A stretch of 63,816 nucleotides of DNA, the filler included, from Dugesia japonica (taxonomy: Eukaryota): assembly GCA_001938525.1 (NCBI GenBank). It is 6 parts of 6 records of this genome, joined end to end, with 100 filler letters (N's around TTAATTAATTAA, not from the genome) between each part and the next. Parts side by side here need not be neighbours in the genome. Positions count along the whole stretch, not along the records: positions 20,791 to 31,968 come from MQRL01595317.1; positions 32,069 to 42,230 come from MQRL01474310.1; positions 42,331 to 54,793 come from MQRL01598915.1; 3 more parts are not named here. The stretch is one strand, 5' to 3'. The position numbers and the translations under genes are program-made. Numbering within the stretch: the stretch's first letter is position 1; every line of letters begins with the position of its first letter. The notes under the pieces were generated by a model. That model ran no database searches, was not told where the DNA came from, and saw only the letters and a list, made by a program, of their open reading frames with translations. This document shows, piece after piece, positions 28,920-42,673 of this stretch.

Positions 28920-29507
28920 ATTGAAATAATAGTTTCGATCTAACTTTTGTTTTATAGATATTCGAATTATCGACTATTGTCTTTTTCAATAACACTAATA
29001 ATATTATTAATAATAATTAATAATAATACTAATAATATTAATTATACCTTAATTTCCGGCGTATAGTCCACACCCATGTTTAAGCTGCACCCAACTTTTA
29101 AGAATTTGAAATATAGTTGAAACAACAGGCGCTGAAAAGTGCAATTTCACCATTGTGTTGCGTGTCATGCAGATAGAGTGAAATGCACACCAATGGTGAT
29201 TTTCAAACGAAAAACAATGCCAAAAGAAAATATGATATTATATTATATTATATTAAAATATTATATTATCATATTATATTATATTTATATTACAATGTTA
29301 TTTTGTATATCAAAGTTAAAAATTAAAAAAATTCCCTCGTATAAGCGGCACCAAGAATTTTTTTAAAAAAATCATCTTTTTCCTCGTATAGTCCGCCGTA
29401 AATAAGGACAATTAAGTTTATAAAAAAATGATATTCCTGAATAAGATAATAGACGAAAATTCAAATATCTATAAAACAACAATTTGATCGAAGCTATTAT
29501 TTCAATC
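28920..29507. mobile_element. Inverted-repeat (MITE-like) element hosting a nested pogo derivative
   Basis: 28921-28978 (TTGAAATAATAGTTTCGATC..TATAGATATTCGAATTATCGACTATT) is the imperfect reverse complement of 29448-29506. Confidence 0.65.
29046..29410 (+). mobile_element. Internally deleted pogo/Tigger element
   Basis: DDE fragment 'ACHADRVKCTPMVIFKRKTMPKE'. Termini are TACCTTAATTTCCGGCGTATAGTC and TATAGTCCGCCGTAAATAAGG, with TAAGCxGCAC-type subterminal motifs. Confidence 0.75.
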
Positions 29508-29808
29508 TAATTAAATAAACTAAAAAATTTCGAGACTCAACTTTAATTGTTAAAAAACTTTTACTTTAAAATTAATTTAAATTTTATTTTAAAATTCATT
29601 TTAATACTTTAAATTAATTCTATCAATTTTAAATTTATTCTTTATATTCTTTCATTAATTTATTTATTTCGAATTAATTTTTATAATATTTAAAACTTTT
29701 CATTTAGAATATCTTAAATGACATTTTCGCAAATTTTCAACAAAAATCCATATAATTTATTTAATATTTATTTGATCAAAATTTTGGTTTTTTATTGATA
29801 TTGGATAG

Positions 29809-29846
29809 CAATTCGATATTTCAACCTTGTCTTCGTCAGGAGTTGA
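29809..29846 (-). ncRNA. Minimal type I hammerhead ribozyme motif (Penelope-associated)
   Basis: Minus strand: CAACTC-CTGACGA-AGACAAGGTT-GAAA-TA-TC-GAATTG. It has the conserved CUGANGA/GAAA core, an AUC cleavage triplet, a 6-bp stem I with one mismatch and a palindromic ATAT stem III. Confidence 0.6.
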
Positions 29847-30044
29847 CTTTTTAATATATATGTAAGCCTTTTCTTTTATTTATTTTATTTTGTTTATTTT
29901 GATGTCATTAAATAAATACAAATAATTAACAATTTCATTAATTGGTATATCGAAATGAGCACAACACAAATATACAAAAAGTGATAATGACATTTGGAGT
30001 AAATAAATAAATAACACACAACAATAGTAATAAATTTATTAAAA

Positions 30045-30120
30045 TTATCTTTCTAAATATCAAGCACTTTCAAGCTTTATATTCTGTTGTTAAAACTTTA
30101 AAATGTTACATAATTTGAAC
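30045..30120 (-). pseudogene. Penelope-like element GIY-YIG endonuclease C-terminal remnant
   Basis: With frameshifts, the minus strand reads FKLCNI-KVLTTEYKA*KCLI-LES, resembling the PLE 'IL..E....KRLILES' motif. It lies ~200 nt upstream of the hammerhead on the same strand. Confidence 0.45.
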
Positions 30121-30179
30121 ATACTCAAAATTTAAGTTTCGAAAGATTCTTTTTAAAGATCTACAATTAGACACTAAAC

Positions 30180-30392
30180 CAGTGATTTTCCACCTTTTTT
30201 TACTCACGATAAACTTTTACTAATTTAAAAATTTAGCGACACACTAACAATAAATCATGTGGTCTGGTTTAGCAAGTTCTTGCAAGGAAGATAGAACCGA
30301 CTGAACTACTTTTCTGACGTCGCTTAAGTATGGGTATTCATAGTTGCAGTACACTTCAAGAATTCCCTGGCACAGTGGTCGAGAATCAATAG
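30180..30392. mobile_element. Degenerate hAT MITE
   Basis: Starts CAGTGATTTTCCACCTTTTT and ends CAGTGGTCGAGAATCAATAG (imperfect inverted termini). Confidence 0.5.
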
Positions 30393-32143
30393 TAATNTGA
30401 AAAGATCTTCTAAACCTAAAACCTCAAAGATAGACTACTATCAAGTGAGAAAAAAACAATTTATTAAATTCAAATAAAATGAAAGGATGTTTTCTATTGG
30501 AAATTCATATGTTAAAGTGAAAGATATTAGTACTATACTTAACACTTGTTTAACAAATTAATTACAAATAAAAAACCATAAATTCTAGAAATTATTTCAT
30601 TTTATTGGAATATAATCAGTTGTTGTATCCCTAAGTGTATCAAATAATGAGAGTAAATCTAATGATGAATGAATGATTTAATTGTATTGATTGAATTAAA
30701 TGTTCATTGTGTGTATTACGTTTTATAGATTTAATGAGTATGTTATTGGGTTCATTAGTCTAGTTTTTGTGTATGACTAATATTATGGATGTATTAAATT
30801 TAATTTGTGGGGTTTAATTAATGTATTAATTTAATACTGTTTAACTGATTCATATGTATTGACTAGATTGAATAAATTTAGCATAATACATGAATTGAAC
30901 AAATAAAGTTGACTAATTGAATAATATAAATTTATTGGTTGTTTGACGAGATGAAATATATTAGAGTTAAGTTGCTTTAAAAGTAAAACTTTAACCTTAA
31001 ATCACGGAAAATTAAAAAAAATTATTTAATTAATTAATAATTTAATTTAATTAATTTTTCGAAGATAATTTATTATTTTTATATTTTATCGATGAATTTA
31101 CATATTTGAATAGAGGTTTTGGTAATTATCTGGCAAGAATTGGGTCGCATAACTCGATTCTTAATACTCAAATTGACAGACATTCACTTTAAAATTTATT
31201 TTATTGGATTGATTAATAATAATATATAAAAAATTCTAAAATTATTGTATATTTTTAGAAAATTTTGTAACTTTCAATGATTCGATAATTGTATTGAAGT
31301 AAAACATATTAATAACTAATAAATCATGTATTAATCATTTAATTAATACAGTAAATAATATTTAATTGATTGAATATTTTTTATTTATCATTGATGTTTT
31401 AAGTTTAGGATATCGTTTTATTTTACTATTATACTATAATACGGTTTCATAATTCACATTAGAAAAACAAATTGTCTGCTAAAAATAAAGTACGATTCCA
31501 ATTTCTCACAATCAATAATTTGACAAATTAAATCAATTTCACAAATTGATTGCAGTCAATGAACATTTTGATGCAATTCTTCTGAAATAAATATCAACCA
31601 ATACCACACAGTTGTATGCGATGAGATTTTTTTTGTGAAAATAGATTAATATTAAATAAAATCTATATGAAATCAATTTGATACAATCAATAACCGGTAT
31701 TTCATAGATCTGTTCACTCAGATGTATTCTTTGTATGTTACTAAAATTAAATGTAATTTGTTCATATGAAATCGTTAATTTTGTCACAAATTTATTGAAT
31801 TTTCATGTATAAATAATAAACTAAATAAATCACATAATTGATTAAAAAGAGATTAAGTTTAAACATTTTCAATCATTGAAAAATAAGTATTTCCTGATAT
31901 TTTCGCATTCGTGTCTTTCTATATTAATAAGAAAAATGAGATAAATATAATAACACCAGTGTTTTTTTNNNNNNNNNNNNNNNNNNNNNNNNNNNNNNNN
32001 NNNNNNNNNNNNTTAATTAATTAANNNNNNNNNNNNNNNNNNNNNNNNNNNNNNNNNNNNNNNNNNNNATGATTTAATTAAAGACAATTATTTGATAAAA
32101 ATAGTAAATGTATCAAAACTAATGAAAATATTTAAATGTTTAG

Positions 32144-35100
32144 ATGTCACCGCATTGGTCAAACTCGAGATGTGCATATTTATCGACTTATTAGCCGCAT
32201 GACCATTGAGGAAAATATTCTGAAAAAGGCAAATGAAAAACGTTGCCTCAACGAAATGGCAATTGAAGGCGGTCAATTTAATATGTCCTTTTTCAAGTCA
32301 AATACCCTCCAGGATATTTTCCAAGCTCCTTCTGGATTTGAAAATTTAACGTCTTTAGGTAAAGAAACAGACCATATAAAAGTCTATAAAACAATTCGTG
32401 GGCGAACTATTCATTGGAAAGGAGATAATAGTATTATCAACATTCGAGCTAATAATGAAAATATGGAAACTAAAGATAAAGTAATCGATGCAACTCAATT
32501 TGAAGCTGCTTTAGAGGAAGTAGAAGATGAAAGTGACCGATTAGCAGCTAAGATAACTAGAGCAGAAGCTACGGCTGATTTAGTAGAATTTGATGAAACT
32601 GTACCATGGGATGATAGTGAAGAGTGTTCAGGAAAGAATGAAAACGAAGAAAACAAATTCAGATCGGAAATGGAAGTTCAACTTCAAAATTTCAATGCTC
32701 AATTAAATCCTCTTCAAAAGTATGGTGTAAGTTGGATTGAACAATCATGTGAAATCGTATTGTGTTCTCAAATAGAACTAGAAGAGGTTAGTATTTTTTT
32801 AAATACATTTTAATAAAATATTGGTTCCTAGACTCAAATTGAAAGCAATAAACAAGCATGGGAACTTGAACACATAAAAGCATTACATGAAGATGAGGAA
32901 GAAATAAAAAATATGGAAGAAGATGATATGTTGTATATATATGGACCCTATGATCCATATGCAGCTCAGAAAGAAGAATTAGAAAAGCTACGTAAAGAGG
33001 AGGAATTGCAACAATTACTTGACTTGCGCAAAGAAGAGGAAATGCTAAAAATAGAAAAAGATAAAGCAGCAGCACAAGCGTGGGCTCAAGAACAACATAG
33101 GAATGCATTAAAGAGAAAATCTGAAGTTATTATTGAAGTGGGGTCGTCTGAAAATACGAATAATACAGAAATGCCCAGAAGTTCCAAACAAAGAAAAGTA
33201 AATAGATTGATAAGTTAATGACGTTAACATTGGAAAATGTAATAGGTTATCGTACCACGATTGGAATTCCCCGATGAATCTATCACTACCGTAAAAACGA
33301 TAAACACTTGCATAGATGAAGTCGACCAGCCATTAATTTCCTCGAGTTCTAGCTCAGTGATCAATGACAAGCCATTTTCCACCCGGAGAAAAATTGGACG
33401 TTCTCCATGGAAGAATATTTCTCAGCGGTCATCCTCTGTAAAAAAAATGATAATCATTCGAATTTTTATATTTCATACTTTTAGGATAGAATTTACTCAC
33501 CTAAAGAACAAGAAACAATTAAAAACAATAGTTTCTCACGGAGAAATAATTCANNNNNNNNNNNNNNNNNNNNNNNNNNNNNNNNTTACAGGATTTTTAG
33601 ACTGATAAAGAAGTTGGCTGTAATATAGTGGCACAATCAAAAGCTTTTCCAAGAAGACGTTTCAGTGAATTCAATGAAAAAGTAAAACATTAGTCATTTC
33701 ATTGATTTTTTGAAGTAACATAATTATGTTTGAAGGATGTAGAGAAAAAAGATGATTGTGATTATAATCCTTCTCGGAGATCGTATTCAAGATCCGATCG
33801 TGCAAGTAAAGATTCTATGAAAAACACAATGGTAATTTATTTTATTTATTTTTAAAACAAACAATTTTCTTTGATAAATTTTTAAATTATTGATTTCATA
33901 AAAATTTTACAGAAATGAATTAAATCAAATTATTTTTTGAAAAGGTTTTAATCATTTTATGCTATTAATAATAACACGGTAAAAAAATACTAATATCAAG
34001 ATGGTAAGACAATAATTTCGATTTTAAAATGAAATAACTCAAAGAAAACTAAACTTTATTAATTAAAATACCAACTATTACAATCAACACATGCTTGCCA
34101 GCGAAAAACAAGCTTTCTCATACCAGTCGTATGGAAATCCTCTGATCTGGAATCAATAAATTCACAAATGGCATTTAACACAGAACCTTGATTTTTCAAG
34201 ACTTTTCCATCTAAGAAAACTGCAAGATTTCTAAAAAAAGTAATAATCAGTTGGTGGGAGGTCCTGCAAGTTGGAAGTTGAGCAAAATTTCGCAGCTTAA
34301 GTTATGTAACCGTCGAATTGTCATTTGCGCAACATGTGTCCGAGAATTGTTATGGAGTACAATAGGACGTTCTGTAGAGTAAAGGTGGATGAAAAAGTTA
34401 ACGACAAAAAATACTAATATCAAGATAGTAAGACAATAATGCCCGCTTTTGACCTTCAATTTTAAAAGGAAATAACTAAACTTTAAATGACAACTAAACT
34501 TTATTAATTAAAATAGCAAATATTACAATCAACACATGCTTGTCAACGGGAAACAAACTTTCTTATACCAGTCGTATGGAAATCCTTTGCTCTGAAATCA
34601 ATAAAGTCACAGATGGTATTTTCCACAGAATCTTGATATTTCAATACTTTTCCATTCAAGAAAACTGCAAGATTTTTAAAAAAGTAATAGTCGGTTGGTG
34701 GAAGGTCCTGCAAGTACGATGAGCAAAATTTTGCAGCCCAAGTAATGTAATCGTCGTATTGTCATTTGCGCAACATGTAGCCGAGAATTTTCATGGAGAA
34801 CAATTGGACGTTCAGAGTAAAGGTGAATGAAGAAGTTGAAACGTTTTTTGCATCTCGTCTATTAATTTGCAGTATTTGTCCGCTGTAATAGTTTCACTCG
34901 GAAAGAGAATGTTATAACGGAAAATACCTCCAGAATACTATTAAACGCTTACCATAACCTTCTTTGAATGAAGTTTGAATTTTGGCAATTGTTGTCGGGC
35001 TTGGTTATGGTGGCACGTCACTATCCGATTGATGAAAGGGTCGTAGATATTCCGGAGATGAAGAAGGCTTCAAAACTCCGACCTTTTCTTTTGAAGCCTT

Positions 35101-38100
35101 TAAACCAAGTTGATATTGCAGCTCTGTCAATGGTTCCCAAGTCTTTTACTGCACAAATTTAGGTTGATGTTGTTCGCGCACTTGTACCAGTTTTCAATGA
35201 AATTTAATTAAGGTTCTAATAGTAAATTTTCCCTCCTTTATATTTTACCAAAAAACATGAATAAACACGAAGTATACAATAGAAAATGTCAAACATANAT
35301 TTAATTGAAAATAATACATGATTATGTGACAAAATAATAAATCGATAAAAAGAATTCACAGAGAGTGTCTGTGAGCATTTAGGACACTATTATTCAAAGT
35401 ATTCTGATTAATTTATAAAATTTTATTTCAAACCAAACGAAATTATTATAAAATATGCTATATTTCTGTATTCATAAGATATATTTTTCAATATTTTGTT
35501 TCATTAACATAATTTTTCAGGAAACGAGCAATAATTTTTCTCCAACTAAAAGAGAATTTTCATATCCAAGAAGCACAGGACGTTTTTCTTTGAAAAACAT
35601 TTCGGTAAATTACTTTTATTTAATTTATTTAAAAAAAAATTTAGATCAATAAATCTAAATCACCTAATAACAAANNNNNNNNNNNNNNNNNNNNNNNNNN
35701 NNNNNNNNNNNNNNNNNNNNNNNNNNNNNNNNNNNNNNNNNNTGGATTTATTCATTATTTATTATCTTTCTTTAAGACATCTAAAGAACTAGAGAATCAC
35801 TCCGATCATATCGATCAAAAGGTATTATTTATCATTTATTTTTCATTCTTACTGATTTAATTCTTTTATTAAATATTATCTATTCTTCTATGAATTACCG
35901 TGTTTTCAAGAATCATTTTTGCAAAAATATCTGTTTAAAAATTAAAATTTTTATTCAGGGATTAGCACTTTTCAAATCTATATATTTCTGTTATAAATTG
36001 ATAAGATTGCCATTAAATTACAAAAAATTGATATATTTAAAAGAAGTAATCATTTCGCGAAAGTTCTTCAACTTAAATTAAAAGCTTTTTTGTTAAGTTT
36101 GTGACTTGCTTGTATATTTTAATGAAAAAGATAAAAAGCATTCTTAAATTTAACACTAGAACTACCGACAATATATACATAAAAATGACCGATAATGGTT
36201 AATAAAAGATACAAAATAGAATTACTTTTGTCTTAATGAAATTTTAGTTGAAATGAAATCCTCAATATTAATTAAAGCTATCTAATTAAAAATCTAAAAT
36301 ATTAATTTTCAAGATAAATATTGAAACCAGTCATTTTGACTGGTTCGGTAGTTCTAGTGTTTCCAGTTCTAGTGATTCCATGCATCGACTGAAAATTAAT
36401 TTTTTATGATTTGTTTTACAAGCACTTGCCCACTTGTTATGATCTCAAGCAAAAAAAATCATTTGCAAATCGATTTGATAAATTTACAAACACACATATT
36501 TGAAGAATAAATTTCATAATATGGGTATCCAAAAATTTATCGAAATTAGATGATTTTCGAAAAGTTAACATGATTAGGCACGCATGGAATGTAAATAATG
36601 CCATTTTTGGAAGTGCTTATGTTTATGAGCAACTATTTACCGCAATGAAAATAATAAAAAGTGATACAACCGTTTTAGACTAAGTTACATACGATTGGAA
36701 AGCTGTGTGCGAGTTTCTTTGTTATCTATATCTGCAAGTGCAGACCAATTGATTTCAAAGAAGCAAGCTCACACTTCTCATTAATATTTCTCTGTTTATA
36801 TTTCTATTAGAAAGTCTTTATTTTTTATTTTTATGCTCATATTTTAATGTTACATGCGATCATAACAAAATTTTTAAATTTGAAATTAACCCTTTGTAAA
36901 AATAATTGATAAATTTACTAAGGCTATCTATTAATTCTTTTTCAAAATTTAAGAAAGGTTATAATCGTAGAAATAAATGTAAATTTGATTTTCATAAGTT
37001 TTGACATTTGAGTAGTGAATTGACAATTTTTATTTTACCAAATCTAACAATAATTATGTATTAAATTTTCTTATTAATACTAAATTATGATTTTTCTTGT
37101 GATAGAACCATATTTCAATCAATACTTTGAATCGTATTGGTTCAAAGTGACATTTAAAAAATTTACTATATAATTCTAAGTTATATGGAATCTTTGACTA
37201 TAGATGATTTTCCCCTCCAAAATTTCGATTCATGTCAGAGCTAAAGTTAATATTTTGCTATATTTTCTAAGGCGGTTATACATATATATGTCAGTTTAGT
37301 TTTTTTTAAATTGTTTCATTAAATTATTTTTGTATTATTTTTACTATTAAATGACAGCTTAGCCTTTTCGTTATTGGAAGCGTATGTATATGTTTTTGTA
37401 TAAGTTTGCTCTATAAACGAAGAGCGTATGTTTCCGATTGTTATTTTTTGTATGTTTGAGAACGAGAAATATAAATATGTTTATTATGAAAAATATTTTT
37501 TGCTTAGCATTTTGATGTGTTTTTTACCTTTAAAATACTACGTAACTAAAGAGTTAAACAACAGTTTCGTGCAAGTCTTAATCTATTTTACATTTTTCAA
37601 TNAAGATAACACTTTCGTTAAATTAAAAAAAAATTAAGCTATACAACAGTATTTTCTATTAGCGTCAACATTCTCTTTTTTTAAGTAAATTACCAGCATC
37701 TATTTAAGGATCTTACCTATATTCAAATAGTTTTTGTGAAATATTAATTTAAATATTTTAAATTTAGCAAATTCATTTTAATCGATCTCCCGATGAGAAT
37801 ATTGCTCCTTATTCGAAAGAAATTTTTTGTTCATCCGTTTTATCAAGTCCTTTCAAGACTGGTAGAAATGTATGATATTTTGATTGAGTTTCAGATTTAA
37901 TTTTTCTACGTTTTATCGAATATTTAAGATTTTAAAATACTTATTAAATTGTAATTATTAATTCATGTAGTCTTAGAGACAATTTGACATTTATTGTTTT
38001 CTTCAACCGTGTTCATATTTATATAGAGTAAAATTAATGGCTTTTTATGTAGTTTATGTTTAGAATGTTTGGTGAATTACTAATGTATATATATAAACTA

Positions 38101-40546
38101 ATAAACTAAATCCGTATATTTTCAATAAATTCTGGAAATCTTTTGCAGTCTACCTAATCTTAATTATTAATAAAATAAATTCGTTTCTACTCATACAGTT
38201 AATAAAGTCAATTTATATAAATTAATTGGGCAATCTTGAGTATTCTATCCTAATATGAAAACAAGAATGAAAACAAACATGGAAAATTTTCCAATTTATA
38301 CTTCTAAGGTTATACGTAANNTTATACGTAATTTTCCTTCATATGGCCCGCAAATAATACCAGATTTTACAAATTCCGCGGAGGGTAAGGAATATAACGT
38401 TGCGTAAGTTAAGGTTGCTATAGCTCGCGCCATTACGGATCTCATTCTTTCACAGTATTTTTAAAGTAACTATGTGACGTAATCATTGAATTCGGGTAAT
38501 TTTTTCAATATAGATCAAATTATTAACGATGATTTTTAAAAATTAACATGGATTAAAGTATTTTAATATAGACTTTTATGCTTATTATGTAATTTTTGTT
38601 TTATTGTTCATCATTATTATCTTAAATTTATACACTCACATCTCGCTTTACGGTCTAGATAAGTTTCGGGAAAGCTATTCGTGAAGCAAAAATCCTTATT
38701 AAGAATAAACATCTATTTAAAAGTACACTAAAAAAACATCGTAGTGTACATTATGTTGTTTTCGTCCGTATAACTAACCACTTTATGAGCGTAAATCGAA
38801 AGAGTACCATAATAAAAATAAACCGTAAAGGCGAAAAGCCGTATAAAGAGCTGCCGTATAGGTATGCGTGTAAAATTATAATAAAATAAAATTATTATAA
38901 AGTAAATTTTGTAGTATTAATTTTAAAATTATCCAATTCACGATTAATATAATTTGATTGAATTGTATTTAGGGTATATTGAGTTGTTCGAAAAGTTCGT
39001 ATCGATTTTTCATGAAAAGTAACACATTTAAATTTCAAAATACATTTATTAAAGTACAGTTGCTATTTTCTTTTACAACATTTCTTCATCTTTCATCGAA
39101 CTTAAAGGTTCATCTTTTCAAAGTTTATCAGGTTTTCCAGCGAAAAAATTATCAAGATTTTTTATATCAGTTTTTTAAAAGTTTTTGTCATCTGGCGAAT
39201 TTCACAAAGTTCTAAAAAAGTGGAAATCTAAGGTTCCAATGTCTGGTAAATAAGACGGATGGGATAGTATTTCCAAACTGAGAAACAAACACTTTGTCTA
39301 GTAGCCATACGAGGACGCGGGTTATCATGATAAAACACTATTCACTTCCGATAGCCTAGTGTTGCACTTTTTCTTTCAATTTGTTTGTTTAATTTTTCTA
39401 ATTGTAAACAATAGTTTTCGTAATTTATTGTCCGATTAGTTGGTAGAAGCTCATAAAACAAAATTCATTTCCAGCCCCAGCAGACGCAGAGCATAATTTT
39501 TTTTTGAATGAAGACTGGTTTTCTTTGTAGTTAATAATCTTATTCGCTTTCTCCAATATCATTTCTACTAAACATTATTATAAATAATTCATTTCTCATC
39601 TCATGTCACTACTGGCTTTAAATATTGTGACGCTTCGTTGCACTTATAGAGCAAGTTACATATTAATTCCACTTAAATCGTGTGGAATTCACATGTCNNN
39701 NNNNNNNNNNNNNNNNNNNNNNNNNNNNNNNNNNNNNNNNNNNNNNNNNNNNNNNNNNNNNNNNNNNNNNNNNNNNNNNNNNNNNNNNNNNCAGTTATAT
39801 ATTAGAATATGCAAATACCTGACTTGTTTTCACAAATTCGTATGTATTAAAAACTGCTTTAATTACACATACTGAAAATAGGCACGAACTTTCCGGAAAA
39901 CACAATAGTTTAAAATAGTTAAATAACCTATTTTATTTCATATGTTTAAATAGACTTTAATCGAAAATATTAAATGTTTAAGGTTACAAGTGAAAATAGT
40001 TATAGGACCTATGATTCAAATGAATATGATGATTACGTTAATAGCCCTGTGCCATCGGTATCTAATAGTAAATCCAATGTTCTTGATGATCCATTTAAAA
40101 AGAAAAGGGGTCGACCTTCTATTGCTGATATCAAGGTAAAAATTTTCTTTAACTACTTTTTTATGAAGTTTTAATTTTTAAAGAAAAAAGCTTTACATCA
40201 TGAAACTTTGCGAAGAGATAGAAATTGTTCTGAATCGACTAATTCCAATGCAGTTCTAAATAAAAAGAATTCGTTTAAAATCCCTGTAAAAACGTTGAAT
40301 GGTGAACATAAATTGTTTTCTGCACCTCTATTGCTTCTGAAAACGAAACCTGTGTTTGTAATTACAAGGAAAATCGAAGATAGAGATGGTTAATTTACTT
40401 ATTATTATATTTATTATTTTACAAGGTATATTTTTTCAGGAAATGTATATACTCAAAATTTAACCTATCCTATTGATTGCAACGAAAAGTTCAATGCTAT
40501 TGCAACCAAATTATCCTCATTTGCGTCAACATCCTCTGGGAAATAA
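32144..40546 (+). CDS. SRCAP: 3' portion of a Domino/SRCAP/p400 (SWR1-class SNF2 ATPase) gene, multi-exon
   Basis: Helicase motif VI 'RCHRIGQTRDVHIYRLIS..TIEENILKKANEKR..LNEMAIEGGQF' plus the post-helicase 'QFEAALEEVEDESDRLAAK..AEATADLVEFDE' and 'QIESNKQAWEL' blocks. Inferred GT-AG exons: 32144-32786, 32832-33197, 33246-33437, 33485-gap, 33601-33681, 33736-33831, 35521-35604, 35645-gap, ~35777-35821, 39983-40135 (AT-hook KKRGRPS), 40184-40388, 40440-40546 (TAA). Exons after 33.8 kb are less certain. Confidence 0.88.
33982..35390 (-). mobile_element. Mariner transposase remnant in a Domino intron, with a ~424-bp tandem duplication of its 3' part
   Basis: 'RPIVLHNNSRTHVAQMTIRRL' corresponds to the mariner LHDNARPH motif and is present twice. 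Duplicated blocks start at ~33982 and ~34406. Confidence 0.8.
36154..36359. mobile_element. piggyBac-type MITE
   Basis: Perfect 14-bp TIR CACTAGAACTACCG...CGGTAGTTCTAGTG, preceded by TTAA (36150-36153). The right TTAA is degenerate. Confidence 0.75.
36380..36784 (+). pseudogene. hAT transposase C-terminal dimerisation-domain remnant
   Basis: 'AIFGSAYVYEQLFTAMKIIKS...LESCVRVS..DQLISKKQAHTSH*'. Confidence 0.75.
38979..39905 (-). mobile_element. Mariner-like element with TIRs and TA TSD
   Basis: TA-TTGAGTTGTTCGAAAAGTTCGTATCGATTTT pairs with AAAATAGGCACGAACTTTCCGGAAAACACAA-TA. Minus-strand 'YHDNPRP' and 'HPSY.PDIGT.DFHFF' remnants lie between. Confidence 0.8.
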
Positions 40547-42673
40547 AAAAAAATCTATTTAAAGAGCTCTTTGCAAACAATTATATTTAAACATTTGTAT
40601 TTGTGAATAATTTTTAATTATCAGATTCTGTATGTTTTTAAATATTAAAAAATTTAAAAATTTATATATAAATTGGTTTCTTAATTTTATTTTTTTAAAG
40701 TTTATTTATCGATTATTTTAAATACAGAGTAGGCCAAAAGTTACTTAATTTCTATCCAAAGTCGAAATTTGTGAACGCTCTGACGATCAGCATTTAAAAG
40801 ATATAATTTAAAAGGTGTCACTGAAATTTAACGTAAAAATAAAAATTATTTGTTACATTTTGAAATTTTTATTAAAAGAGGTAGCAAGTGTGACTTGGAA
40901 TTAAATAAATTCAAATTGTTTTTTTTTCCTCACAAACGACACCAGAACAGATTTGGAAATTCAATTTAATTAATCAAAAATAATTATCAGTAGGTCGATA
41001 GTGGCGCATGGGGACACCCCAGGGTTTTTTAAGGTCAATTTTACGCGTTTTGATCGGTTGAATTTTTTTGTGTGCCGATGATTTACTCATTACATAATCA
41101 CCTGATATTGAATTTTTTGTTTAAATTGACAGATTTTTTGTGTTTAAATTGATAATTAAATTTTGAAAATAAACTAGTTTTTGGTTTAACGCGGAATATT
41201 ACTCTGAACAAGAATATCAGCAAATAACTTTACACACCAAAGAAAATGAAAAATTTTAAATAATCAAGCACAGTTAAATAAATTTACCTCGAGCAATATT
41301 AAATTCGGTTGCTTCTGGGCAATATTAAAATCATTATCCCCCGAACAGACGTAATATTAATGTTAATATTAGTTGCACCGGGACAATCTTAATAATAATA
41401 ATATATAAGTAAATCAGAACGCAAGATTGATTGTTGATTAAACACATCATCAGTCATTTCAATCTTGATCTTCATTACAAATTAGATCTTAACAAAAAAT
41501 ATTTTTAATTTTAATTAACAAAATAAATTACCTTAAAATGTGCTTTTCATCCGAGTCTCATTCATTACGAGATCGAATAATATCCGCATAGCATGCTTAT
41601 GTTTTTGTTTTTACTATTTTGTCGTCATTATAAAACTAGTGATTTTTCTTTTCTATTCTAAATTGTTTTACTTAGACTTGTTGACTGTTATTTTAACAAT
41701 CAAGGTTCAACTGATTATTAATGTCAGCACTCTTAGCATTCATATTATTTGATTCGCTAAGAATATTACAACATTTTGGTCTCAAGAAAACCTGTTCTTT
41801 TTATTTATTTCTATTATTTTCATCCTTAAACTCTTCTACTACCGAATGTAGATCCATGCTGTACAGAGTGTGGTCTGGTGATTAATTTTAGGTATCTAAT
41901 AATCGATCTTTTACCATCAGTGACAATAACTTTTCTAACTTAATGTTTCTAACTTCTCAGGTAAAGTTATCAGATTCATATCTCACTATTTTCTTGTTAA
42001 CTATACTCCGCCAGCTCAATGTATACCCTGGTTTTGAGGGTATGAAGATATGAGAGTTGGAGGCCAAAGTGGAATGGCTCTGCACTGAGAACAAGCAACT
42101 GAGTAATAGGATACACAGTCGACCATCAACGTTCTCCTCAGTTTCTCGAACCAGAAAAGCACGGAAAATCTTCATAGACTTATCCGAAAATGATATGTTT
42201 GACAACTGAATTCTTGTTACTTTGTCAGCANNNNNNNNNNNNNNNNNNNNNNNNNNNNNNNNNNNNNNNNNNNNTTAATTAATTAANNNNNNNNNNNNNN
42301 NNNNNNNNNNNNNNNNNNNNNNNNNNNNNNAATTTCTTTAAAAATTTTTTATTTTGTTTTGTGTTTTTTTTACATATAATTTATGTTAAAAATATATATA
42401 TTATTTTTTTNNNNNNNNNNNNNNNTTAAAATTCATTCAAAAATGAACTAATTTTACACAATATTAAAAATTAAATTTTTTTCTGAACTAAAAGTTTTTA
42501 AAAGTTTGTAATTACCTGAAATGTAGCAATAAGGTACACAATTTAGTTTTTGAGTAGCTCAAAATGTAAAGTAGAGCATAGTTGATTAAATTGAAATTAT
42601 AGTATGGAGTAGTTGAATAAATTTGATTTTGGTATGGATCACCATAATTTTTATTGTAGTATTTATTTAGTAA

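Noticed and set aside
37789-37830. Hammerhead-like CCGATGA-GAATA..TATTC-GAAA
   Set aside because: Stem II is good, but the core U is mutated and there is no stem I or valid cleavage triplet.
41830-42230. Coding-like minus-strand stretch at a scaffold end
   Set aside because: No recognisable motif in the frames I translated; cannot assign.
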